From positions 32,001 through 96,000 of IMG/VR virus record IMGVR_UViG_3300045988_153285: a stretch of 64,000 nt of DNA; one strand, written 5' to 3'. The DNA is from a virus. The translations under genes and the position numbers were made by a program. Within the stretch, counting starts at the first letter, position 1. Each line of letters begins with the position of its first letter. The notes under the pieces were generated by a model, which saw nothing but the letters and a program-made list of their open reading frames with translations, was not told where the DNA came from and did not search any database. This document shows positions 9,091 through 17,199 of this stretch, piece by piece.

Positions 9091-9310
9091 TTCTACAATT
9101 TGAATTTTGAAGTATTAAAAATTTCTACAATTTGAGTTGATGAGTATAAGAAATTAATAAAATGAAGTTTTAGTCTGTAAACCTAGTAAAATAGCCACTT
9201 TTGAGGGAATTATAAAAATAAATATATTATTAAAACCTAGTAAACAAGCCATTTATAACAGATAATAGACTAAAACTTCAAAATATAAGAAATTAATAAA
9301 ATAAAGTTTT
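9091..9310. repeat. cluster of direct and inverted repeats (possible origin or binding-site array)
   Basis: TTCTACAATTTGA at 9091 and 9123; ATAAGAAATTAATAAAATRAAGTTTT at 9146 and 9285; AAACCTAGTAAA at 9179 and 9233; 14-bp inverted repeat 9163-9176 / 9267-9280. Confidence 0.7.
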
Positions 9311-9355
9311 CAAGCAAAATAATAAAATCTAAAAGTAAAGAAAGGAATAAAAGAC

Positions 9356-10330
9356 ATGAGAGAATTTAAAGTGAATAATTGGTTAGGGCTAACAAAAGAA
9401 GGAGAATATGTTACAATAGATCAAGTGACAGATATACATACAGATTACTATTGTCCATCATGCGGTGAAATTTTACATGGCAGAGCTTTAGAGTCTGAAT
9501 TAGTCGAAAGACATTTTTACCATTTACAAAATAATAACTTAGAAAGTTGCAACTGTGAACAAGCCTATAAAAGATATTGGAAAGATAAATTTATTTCAGT
9601 TGGTGAAATTATGACATTACCATTTTTAAACGAGATAACTTGTATTGCTAAAGAAATTGATCATAAGGTTAATAGTGATTTAACAGCAGATATTTACATA
9701 AAGTCATCTAATGATGATAATATAGTGATATTGTTTGAAGATAGTAAACAAGTTGAAAATAGTAATTTAAATTATACAATTTTTTATTTAAATTTTATGG
9801 AGCTAAAAAGAGATTTAACAAATATAAACGAGTGTTTAGTATTACTACATAGTGAACAAATTAACAAAATAAATATTGAATTTAAAAATAAAATCAATGA
9901 TATTGCAAGCATTTTTACAAGATTTTTAAAAATTGATTTTTCAGAATGTGCGGTTAATATAAATAAATGTGTAGGTATAAAAAAGGAATTTGAATTATTG
10001 GGTTATAAAGACGAGTGTATTATTATGGATTGTTTAATAGATTCTTTGAAAAAGAGAACAATAACTATTTGTAAATATAAAAATATAAACATAACAAAAG
10101 ATGAAGTAAAAGCGGTCGAATTTTTAATTAATAAATTAAGATCAATTACAAAGTACAATATATCTTTAGATGTAAAAATGTTAAAGTCTATGAAATACAA
10201 AATATATAATAAAGGTTATTATAATAATAGTTGGACTAAATCAGTTTATTTTGACTTAATAAAGCCAATAGGAGCAGAATTTAACTCATACATAAATAAA
10301 ATTGAAAATATTCTAAATAACAATGAATAA
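9356..10330 (+). CDS. CoiA-like competence/nuclease family protein (putative)
   Basis: YYCPSCGEIL..ERHFYHLQ matches the CoiA N-terminal Zn-ribbon + HF(A/Y)H pattern; ADIYIK..ILFEDSKQ resembles the nuclease core. Confidence 0.55.
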   Translation: MREFKVNNWLGLTKEGEYVTIDQVTDIHTDYYCPSCGEILHGRALESELVERHFYHLQNNNLESCNCEQAYKRYWKDKFISVGEIMTLPFLNEITCIAKEIDHKVNSDLTADIYIKSSNDDNIVILFEDSKQVENSNLNYTIFYLNFMELKRDLTNINECLVLLHSEQINKINIEFKNKINDIASIFTRFLKIDFSECAVNINKCVGIKKEFELLGYKDECIIMDCLIDSLKKRTITICKYKNINITKDEVKAVEFLINKLRSITKYNISLDVKMLKSMKYKIYNKGYYNNSWTKSVYFDLIKPIGAEFNSYINKIENILNNNE

Positions 10331-10380
10331 ATTAACAAAATTAAGTATGCAATATAAATATAAGTCTATAATATTCATAA

Positions 10381-10424
10381 AAGGAAGCACTAACAAGAAA
10401 CGAAATAAAGTTAGTGCTTTCCTT
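10381..10424 (+). terminator. strong hairpin after the CoiA-like gene (no clear T-run)
   Basis: AAGGAAGCACTAAC / GTTAGTGCTTTCCTT arms (about 14 bp, one bulge). Confidence 0.4.
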
Positions 10425-10450
10425 ATTCTAATAAAAATTAACACAATCTA

Positions 10451-10499
10451 ATATAAATTAACAAAACAAATTGACAAAAGAATAAGTAAATGTTTTAAT
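10451..10499 (+). promoter_or_regulatory. dispersed motif + promoter driving the ORF-free region
   Basis: ATATAAATTAACAAAAC, TTGACA 10471-10476, TGTTTTAAT extended -10-like element at 10491-10499. Confidence 0.5.
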
Positions 10500-10505
10500 A
10501 TAATT

Positions 10506-10998
10506 AAAATTTAAAAATATTATTTTATATAAATTAATAAAAATATAGGAAGTCCTATAAGGCAACTGGAACACAGAAAAACAGTATAAATAAACTGTGG
10601 TTGGCCACCGACTAAAAAGAAGGCTCGGATATAAGTATTACTTACTATATGCTTATAACCGTCAAACGGGTACATATGACCGTTAAATAAATTATATGGG
10701 TTTGGTTAGCTTAGGTTAGAAATAACGGACTTATAATAAGCTTTAAAGCGTATTCTATGGGCTAAGAGTAGAATGTTAAAGTTATAAGATAACAAAGTAA
10801 GTAATATTACTAAGATACAATAGCGATATACAGTAGTATTTTTGTTTGCCTCGAAAAACAGGGGTAAACTATACCCAAAAATGTGTCCAAGCTCAACCAG
10901 TAGTATATAGCTTCGCTACCTAATTGCAAGTAAAAACTATATTTTATTTATATAAATTAATAAAACAAAGAAGAAGTTTAACGACTTCTTTTTATTTT
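10506..10998 (+). ncRNA. candidate structured non-coding RNA, class unknown
   Basis: About 0.45 kb without an ORF. G+C is visibly higher than in the flanks. A promoter lies upstream and an AAGAAGT/ACTTCTT hairpin + T-run terminator at 10971-10998. Several local hairpins, e.g. GGGTA-aacta-TACCC. Confidence 0.4.
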
Positions 10999-11038
10999 GT
11001 CTAATATTTGATATAATATCCATTAGGAGGTGTTTTGA

Positions 11039-11302
11039 ATGGTTATAAATAAAAACAATGGAAAAATAGTAATAGAAGAATATAGAGAGTTTAACGGGTT
11101 TATAACGGGCATTAAAACAATTAAGGCTTATAACATTACTGTGTTGGATCTTGAAGGTATAGAAAAGTTAAAAGGTAAATTAAGAGTGCAGCAATTAGAG
11201 AATAGAAAGAATTATAAATTTTCTCACAATAGTACCAACAAGGATTTGGTTGAATATGTATTGAATGAATTGAAGAAATACAAGTATATTACTATAAAAT
11301 AA
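11039..11302 (+). CDS. hypothetical protein
   Basis: AGGAGG SD; TGATATAAT extended -10 at 11008-11016. Confidence 0.65.
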   Translation: MVINKNNGKIVIEEYREFNGFITGIKTIKAYNITVLDLEGIEKLKGKLRVQQLENRKNYKFSHNSTNKDLVEYVLNELKKYKYITIK

Positions 11303-11426
11303 GGATTTTAAGCTGTTTTAAGCCTGAATTTAAAGCGTTTAGCATTTAGAGGATAAATTATATTATTAAAAACAAAAACTAAAATTATACTGTTTTAATG
11401 AGATTTACAAGCTATAAAAAATTTAA

Positions 11427-11476
11427 AATATAAATTAATAAAATAGGTTGACAAATATTAAATAAGTCATTATAAT
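11427..11476 (+). promoter_or_regulatory. dispersed motif + consensus sigma-A promoter
   Basis: AATATAAATTAATAAAAT, TTGACA 11448-11453, 17-nt spacer, TATAAT 11471-11476. Confidence 0.75.
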
Positions 11477-11515
11477 ATAATTAAAGATTGAAATTGATTT
11501 AAGGAGTTGTTGAGA

Positions 11516-13339
11516 ATGTGTAAAATATTATTAAATGAAAAATTAAATGGTGTAGAATTATATTTTGAGGAGAAACCAGCAGGAACAGTATTAACAGATT
11601 TAAAAGCTAATGGTTTTAGATGGAATGGTAAAAAGGTTTGTTGGTATGCTAAACAATCAGAAGAAACTTTAAAGGTTGCTAATACATACAGTGAAGGATC
11701 AAAAGAAGTTGCAACAGCTTCATTAAAGAAAATTAACAAAATAGATTTATTTGAATTAACTACTTATACAGAAGTAGAAAGAGAAAAGAATTATAATACA
11801 AAGGAAATAGCAAAGAAAATAAGAACACACTTAAAAGCTAGATTTAAATTTGTTAAATTTTCAGTTACTTCTAAAGATAGAATAAGAGTAGAAATAAAAT
11901 CAGCACCATTTGAAAAAGATACTATTTATTTAAAGGCTATTCAAGAATACGTTGATAAATTAGTAGAATCATACAATTTTTGTACTTGTTATGATCCATA
12001 TGGTGACTATGGTTCAAGTTATAATTTTTATTTCTTTGGTTGTAGAGTTGATTATGATTATATTCAAGTTGAAGCAACACAAGAAATAATTGAAGCTATG
12101 AAACAGTTTGATATTAAAGTAGCCGAAGCCGAAGAATTAAAAAGAGTTGAAGAAGAAAGACAATATCAAGAATATTTAAAAGAACAAGAACAAGCGAATA
12201 AAGAAGCAGAAAAAAGACAAAAACAAATAAAAGCCGATAAAGAATATATTAATAATAATATTGAAGTTGTTGATCTAGAAGAAGGAAATCAATATTTTGT
12301 TAAAAATGCTTATTTTGCAAATTTAAATAAAAATAACACATTAGAAAGATATCAAGAAGAAGTTTCTAAAGGTGACTACTATTTAAATACTTTAAAAGTA
12401 ACTAGAGAAGTTCACTTCAAAGATTTAAAATCATATAATCTATACATAAATATGTTATTACATGATTTTGATTTTATTGACGGTACTGGTGGAAGTTATA
12501 CAGATGATTTAAGAATTAATTCAATGACAGACTATTATAATATGACTAGCGAAGAACAAAAAACTATTGAATGGCTTTTAAAGGGCGTAGCAGTATATAT
12601 TGATAATGAGTTAATGTTTGTTATAGATGCTCAGGGTTATTGTTATGCTAGATATGTTGGATTAATTGGAGAAAATACAGTTACTACAAAGGAATATACT
12701 TGTAAACAAGTTGTAGCAGTTGAAGAGGTAGAAGAAAGAAAAATTGAAGCTGAAGAAATTCAAGAGGTTTATAATAATGTAATTAATAATACTTTTGATA
12801 ATTGGTATGATACTAGAAAAGCAATAGCAGCAGCTATAAGAAAAAATCCGTTATTGACTTTTGATAATACAGTGGTACAACAAATCAAAGATGAAAAAAT
12901 TAAAATTGATTTATATAAAGTGCTAAAGGAAGTCGATACGATTCAAGATCAGTTTAATGAATCAGGATTAAGCAAGGGCGATAAATTAACCATTGTAAGG
13001 GGTTCAATGATTGGCGGGGCTTCTATATCACATATTATATTAGAAGGTTTTACAATGGAAGAATATGCACAATATAAAGACAATGTAAAAATAACTATGA
13101 ATGTTAAGGGTAAAAAAGGTTTATATTTAACTAATGTGCATGATAAAGATATTGTAATATATAAAGGTTGGATTGATATACCTACTAGCGTATTATATGA
13201 AGATACAAGCAATGGAAACTTTAACGGAATGGCTACAAAATACGGAAGTTATGACGAAAGAGCAATAAGTGATATTATGAGTTATTTACAAGAAAAAAAT
13301 ATATTGCCAATAATAAATACATTCAAGCCAATATTTTAA
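11516..13339 (+). CDS. large hypothetical protein with coiled-coil centre
   Basis: AAGGAG SD, ATG 11516; N-terminal NGVELYFEEKP..LKANGFRWNGKKVCWYA domain recalls mobile-element proteins; EEERQYQEYLKEQEQANKEAEKRQ coiled coil. Confidence 0.7.
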   Translation: MCKILLNEKLNGVELYFEEKPAGTVLTDLKANGFRWNGKKVCWYAKQSEETLKVANTYSEGSKEVATASLKKINKIDLFELTTYTEVEREKNYNTKEIAKKIRTHLKARFKFVKFSVTSKDRIRVEIKSAPFEKDTIYLKAIQEYVDKLVESYNFCTCYDPYGDYGSSYNFYFFGCRVDYDYIQVEATQEIIEAMKQFDIKVAEAEELKRVEEERQYQEYLKEQEQANKEAEKRQKQIKADKEYINNNIEVVDLEEGNQYFVKNAYFANLNKNNTLERYQEEVSKGDYYLNTLKVTREVHFKDLKSYNLYINMLLHDFDFIDGTGGSYTDDLRINSMTDYYNMTSEEQKTIEWLLKGVAVYIDNELMFVIDAQGYCYARYVGLIGENTVTTKEYTCKQVVAVEEVEERKIEAEEIQEVYNNVINNTFDNWYDTRKAIAAAIRKNPLLTFDNTVVQQIKDEKIKIDLYKVLKEVDTIQDQFNESGLSKGDKLTIVRGSMIGGASISHIILEGFTMEEYAQYKDNVKITMNVKGKKGLYLTNVHDKDIVIYKGWIDIPTSVLYEDTSNGNFNGMATKYGSYDERAISDIMSYLQEKNILPIINTFKPIF

Positions 13340-13341
13340 TT

Positions 13342-13361
13342 AAGGGCTGAAATATGCCCTT
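13342..13361 (+). terminator. hairpin after the 11516..13339 gene
   Basis: AAGGGC / GCCCTT stem with 8-nt loop; weak T-run. Confidence 0.4.
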
Positions 13362-13373
13362 GAAAAATATTTT

Positions 13374-13423
13374 AATATAAATTAACAAAATATATTGACA
13401 AACGATTTATAAAGTAATATAAT
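13374..13423 (+). promoter_or_regulatory. dispersed motif + consensus sigma-A promoter
   Basis: AATATAAATTAACAAAAT, TTGACA 13395-13400, 17-nt spacer, TATAAT 13418-13423. Confidence 0.75.
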
Positions 13424-13466
13424 AATAATTGTAGATGAGAAATAAATAATTTATGAGGTGATTAAA

Positions 13467-13940
13467 ATGTGTAAACAAATGGTTTTAGTATGTAAATTAA
13501 ATAAGGTAGATTTTTCAATAGCTGATAAGGAGCTAGATAAATACATAAGTGGATTAAAAGAGATCAGTTACAAAGAAAAGCATAATGGAACAACAGAAAT
13601 TGCAACTTATGCAAATGAGGAAAGAACGAAGGTGTTTGAAGTAAATACTCATTGGTACAAAGATATAAATAAATATGATCTTTCAGTTTATGAATTAGTT
13701 GAAAGTAGAGAAATAAAAGTGACTAAAGTTAATGGAGATTATTTCTATACTAAGATAAATGGAAGCGAAGAAGATGTAATAAATCATTATAATGATAGTA
13801 ATTTTCTAAGCAGTGATTTATCAGAACAAGTAAAGGAAATAGAATTTAATACAAATGATAATTTACTACCAGGAGAGAAGGAAAGAAAAGTTATTTATAA
13901 CTTTGTATATGATAACAAAGCAGAATGTTATTTATATTAA
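13467..13940 (+). CDS. hypothetical protein
   Basis: GAGGTG SD; ORF-track 13458 trimmed to ATG 13467. Confidence 0.65.
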   Translation: MCKQMVLVCKLNKVDFSIADKELDKYISGLKEISYKEKHNGTTEIATYANEERTKVFEVNTHWYKDINKYDLSVYELVESREIKVTKVNGDYFYTKINGSEEDVINHYNDSNFLSSDLSEQVKEIEFNTNDNLLPGEKERKVIYNFVYDNKAECYLY

Positions 13941-13976
13941 TAAAAGAGTTTGTTAGTATCTCATCAAAAACTAATT

Positions 13977-13993
13977 ATATAAATTAACAAAAT
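13977..13993 (+). repeat. dispersed motif copy (SD-proximal class)
   Basis: ATATAAATTAACAAAAT followed by AGAGGTGG and ATG 14006. Confidence 0.7.
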
Positions 13994-14005
13994 AGAGGTG
14001 GAAAA

Positions 14006-14218
14006 ATGGATAATTTAATTTTAACTTTAAAGGTATTAGCGAAAATGGCGTTTATATGGGGAACATGTGGAATAGTTTTATTTTTGATATTAGCAACTAT
14101 AACAGCTATTACAGGATCTAAAACATGGTTAAGGGAATTATTGTTCGGAAGACCAATACATAAAAAGAAAAAGAAAAGACTTGAAATGATTAATATAGAG
14201 CTAGATGAAGTAGCTTAG
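14006..14218 (+). CDS. small membrane protein
   Basis: SD GAGGTGG; hydrophobic core FIWGTCGIVLFLILATITAI then a KKKKKR tract. Confidence 0.6.
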   Translation: MDNLILTLKVLAKMAFIWGTCGIVLFLILATITAITGSKTWLRELLFGRPIHKKKKKRLEMINIELDEVA

Positions 14219-14264
14219 AAAATAAATAGAATATTAGTTTTATTAAAAATTGGAGGATTGAAAA

Positions 14265-14486
14265 ATGAAAAATTTAGAAATGATAACTAGTTATAAAGGG
14301 TTTAATTTATGTAAAGAAGATAACTTTTATTTCATAACAGGAATAAGCGAAAATTACTTAGATATTTCAGGAGAGAAAGAAGAATTAATAGCAGAGCTTA
14401 AACGTTGGAGAAATGAAATAGATTTTGATAATGCACATATGTTGGATATAGAAACATTTTTTATAAATATATTAGAAAACAGATAA
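14265..14486 (+). CDS. hypothetical protein
   Basis: GGAGGA SD; 73 aa. Confidence 0.6.
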   Translation: MKNLEMITSYKGFNLCKEDNFYFITGISENYLDISGEKEELIAELKRWRNEIDFDNAHMLDIETFFINILENR

Positions 14487-14535
14487 AAGAATAAGTATAA
14501 AATAATACTTTTATATGTGAATGGAGAGTTTGAAA

Positions 14536-14742
14536 ATGATTATAGAACAAAAAATAATATTAAATTGTAGTAATACAAAACAAGGAAAAGATAAAGGCTG
14601 TATGATAAGGTTATTAAGAGTTAATCCAAATGGAGAATATGGACGTTCAGAATATCAAGGAGTAATTACAGAAGAACAAAGGCGCTCAATAGAAAAAATT
14701 TTAGGTATATCAGAATATAACGATTATAGAAGAATTATATAA
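14536..14742 (+). CDS. hypothetical protein
   Basis: ORF-track 14521 trimmed to ATG 14536 after GGAGAG. Confidence 0.55.
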   Translation: MIIEQKIILNCSNTKQGKDKGCMIRLLRVNPNGEYGRSEYQGVITEEQRRSIEKILGISEYNDYRRII

Positions 14743-14760
14743 ATGAATTGTTTTATTTAT

Positions 14761-14780
14761 ATATAAAAATTAATAAAAAT
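14761..14780 (+). repeat. dispersed motif copy (SD-proximal class)
   Basis: ATATAAAAATTAATAAAAAT followed by TGAGGT and ATG 14794. Confidence 0.65.
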
Positions 14781-14793
14781 ATGAGGTAGAATT

Positions 14794-14991
14794 ATGGAAT
14801 TAAATAAATCAATGTTAGAATTAAATTTAACTGATTTTAATAAAGCAATAATTAAAAATTTAGGCAAAGAAGTTTGGAGAAAAATCAACAGTGATTTAGA
14901 TACAAGTTGCGTATTACTTGCAGGTGGATCAGAGAAGTATAAAAATTTAGTTTATAACTATTTAGGTAATAAAGGTTATATAAATAATTAA
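14794..14991 (+). CDS. hypothetical protein
   Basis: GAGGT SD; 65 aa; GCCGA/TCGGC hairpin at 15001-15015 downstream. Confidence 0.55.
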   Translation: MELNKSMLELNLTDFNKAIIKNLGKEVWRKINSDLDTSCVLLAGGSEKYKNLVYNYLGNKGYINN

Positions 14992-15075
14992 AATAAGTTT
15001 GCCGAGTTTATCGGCTTCTTATATGAGTATATAAAAATTATATATTGATATGAGAATATATTAAGAGGTGAAAAT

Positions 15076-15312
15076 ATGAAACGAATAGGTAAATTAACAA
15101 AATATAGAGTAATATGCAATACGCTTGATGTATTAGTTAGAAATAATATAGATAATAGATTTAATATTATACAAGAAAAATTCAATAGGAGAGAATCTGA
15201 AACTATTCAGGAGCTTTTGAGTGTTATAGATGAGTTGTTATGTTCTACAGAAGATTATGATGTTAAACAGTGTTTAATAGCATATAGAGACAGATTGAAG
15301 GTAATAATATAA
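15076..15312 (+). CDS. hypothetical protein
   Basis: AGAGGTG SD; 78 aa. Confidence 0.6.
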   Translation: MKRIGKLTKYRVICNTLDVLVRNNIDNRFNIIQEKFNRRESETIQELLSVIDELLCSTEDYDVKQCLIAYRDRLKVII

Positions 15313-15328
15313 TATAGGAAGTGGTTGT

Positions 15329-15574
15329 ATGAAAAGATATATAGTAAATAACACAAAAGTATATGAAGCAGATCCAGCAAAAGAAATGAGATTTATAAAA
15401 AGATTGGCTAAACTCGACTATATAATTGTATACGATAAACAAATAATAGAGCAAGAGAATAAAATATTGCTTATACCTAACCGATTAACATTGTTAGAAA
15501 CTTATGATATTATTAAGAGAGTGTATCCTATTAGTTATGTTGTAAAAAATTTCAAAGAAATAGGTTTAATATAA
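15329..15574 (+). CDS. hypothetical protein
   Basis: AGGAAGTGG SD-like; 81 aa. Confidence 0.55.
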   Translation: MKRYIVNNTKVYEADPAKEMRFIKRLAKLDYIIVYDKQIIEQENKILLIPNRLTLLETYDIIKRVYPISYVVKNFKEIGLI

Positions 15575-15584
15575 AAAATAATTT

Positions 15585-15635
15585 AATAAAAATTAACGAA
15601 ATGTGTTGACAACGATAAGAAGAATATGGTAATAT
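15585..15635 (+). promoter_or_regulatory. dispersed motif + promoter with extended -10
   Basis: AATAAAAATTAACGAAAT, TTGACA 15606-15611, TGGTAATAT at 15627-15635. Confidence 0.65.
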
Positions 15636-15677
15636 ATAGGTATAGTAAGTAATAAAAAATTTAAGGAGATTTGAGAA

Positions 15678-16268
15678 ATGAATAATGAATTTATTATAAA
15701 AAGAGGAATGATATTTTATGCAGATCTAGGAATTAGCGAAGATAGTGTTCAAGCTGGGCTTAGGCCGGTAATTATCGTGGGAAATGGCTTACAATGCAAA
15801 TTCGGGCCGATTATAACAGTAATTCCAATAACTTCAAAGATAGCGAAGAAACGTTTAATGACACAAACATTATTAATTAATGAAATTGGTTTAAATAGAG
15901 AAAGTATGCCAATGGCAGAACAAATTACAACAATATCAAAGGACAAATTAGTTAGTTACATAGGTAGATTAAGAAAAAGTACAATGGAGGAAATTGATAA
16001 AACAATAGATGCAGCGTTAGCATTAACAGATATAAGAGAAAAAGAAATAGAAAAACAAGTTGAAGAAGTTAAGAGATGGGAAAACAATATAAATGATCTA
16101 AAAGATATAGTTCCAAAGACTGCTTTAGAACAAATAAAACTAAGATATAAAATAGAGTTAAATAAATTAGATAATATATGTAATTCAAATAGGAAGAGTA
16201 TAAATAATTATTATATAGCAAATATAAATACATTTTCAAATGAGATGAGTATGGTAGCAACAAGATAA
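15678..16268 (+). CDS. MazF/PemK-family toxin domain with about 80-aa C-terminal coiled-coil extension
   Basis: RGMIFYADLG..GLRPVIIVGN..ITVIPITSK..AEQITTISKDKL..GRL matches the PemK/MazF fold pattern; AAGGAG SD. Confidence 0.7.
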   Translation: MNNEFIIKRGMIFYADLGISEDSVQAGLRPVIIVGNGLQCKFGPIITVIPITSKIAKKRLMTQTLLINEIGLNRESMPMAEQITTISKDKLVSYIGRLRKSTMEEIDKTIDAALALTDIREKEIEKQVEEVKRWENNINDLKDIVPKTALEQIKLRYKIELNKLDNICNSNRKSINNYYIANINTFSNEMSMVATR

Positions 16269-16294
16269 AAAGAATTTATGGGGGCGGATGTAAA

Positions 16295-16903
16295 ATGGAT
16301 ATACAAAAAATTGTAAAAGAAGAAATATTCCCTATGTTAGGCGAAGGGAAAATAGATGAAGCAGAAAAGAAACTAAGAAGATTAATGTTAACTTTGACGG
16401 ATAAGAATTGCACAGAAGACCATAGAATAGTTTTATGTTCTCTTAGCAGAATAAAGTATATTACTGGTGATATTGATAATGCAAAATATTATATAAATAG
16501 ATTCATAGATATTCTGCAGCATGATAATGAATATGCAGAAACATATAAGGATGGTTATTGTAATTATATAAATTTATATGCTGAGATATTTAAAGATAGT
16601 ATTGATATAGATGAAAAAAATAAGATAAACAATATAAATTTAGATAATGCTATAAATAATAACGATACAGCAAGGATATATACAGCTAAAGCAAATATAG
16701 CATTTCTAAGAGATGATATAGAAGAAATAGAAAATGTCCTTATGGACATACATAATTATGAAAAATCTAAACTAATAGATGAAAATAAGCTAATTAGCGC
16801 AGAGGTTTTAAATGATCTTTGCAATTTAAAAATAGAAATATACAAAGAGTTAAAGGAAAAATATCCTAATTATGTACAAGAAGATTATAACTATGCTTAC
16901 TAG
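16295..16903 (+). CDS. helical-repeat (TPR-like) protein; candidate peptide receptor or antitoxin
   Basis: Repeated helix-pair signatures (GKIDEAEKKLRRLM, GDIDNAKYYINRFIDI, ARIYTAKANIAFLRDDIEE); 27 nt after the MazF-like gene. Confidence 0.6.
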   Translation: MDIQKIVKEEIFPMLGEGKIDEAEKKLRRLMLTLTDKNCTEDHRIVLCSLSRIKYITGDIDNAKYYINRFIDILQHDNEYAETYKDGYCNYINLYAEIFKDSIDIDEKNKINNINLDNAINNNDTARIYTAKANIAFLRDDIEEIENVLMDIHNYEKSKLIDENKLISAEVLNDLCNLKIEIYKELKEKYPNYVQEDYNYAY

Positions 16904-16959
16904 ACAATTTCCTCTTTAGAGGGGTTGAATATATATATATAATTTTTGGAGGTACATTT

Positions 16960-17124
16960 ATGAAAAAAACAATTGGAAAAGGAATTATTCTAGGAGCAGC
17001 TATAACAATAGCAATAGGTGTAATAGGAGGTGCAACAATGATGAAACCTAGAATATTAAATCCATGGGGAGGTACAAATGATAAAGACGGGATTGAATTA
17101 GCAATATTGAATCCTTGGGGATAA
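16960..17124 (+). CDS. 54-aa signal-peptide-bearing propeptide with duplicated ILNPWG motif (below ORF-track cutoff)
   Basis: TGGAGGT SD. Sequence MKKTIGKGIILGAAITIAIGVIGGATMMKPRILNPWGGTNDKDGIELAILNPWG*. Basic n-region + hydrophobic h-region; second ILNPWG at the extreme C-terminus. Confidence 0.5.
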   Translation: MKKTIGKGIILGAAITIAIGVIGGATMMKPRILNPWGGTNDKDGIELAILNPWG

Positions 17125-17199
17125 TTGGAAGAGTGGGCATCTTAATTGGTGTCCACTTAAAATTGTATAGATTAATATAATAAAGGAGAATGAGAAAAT

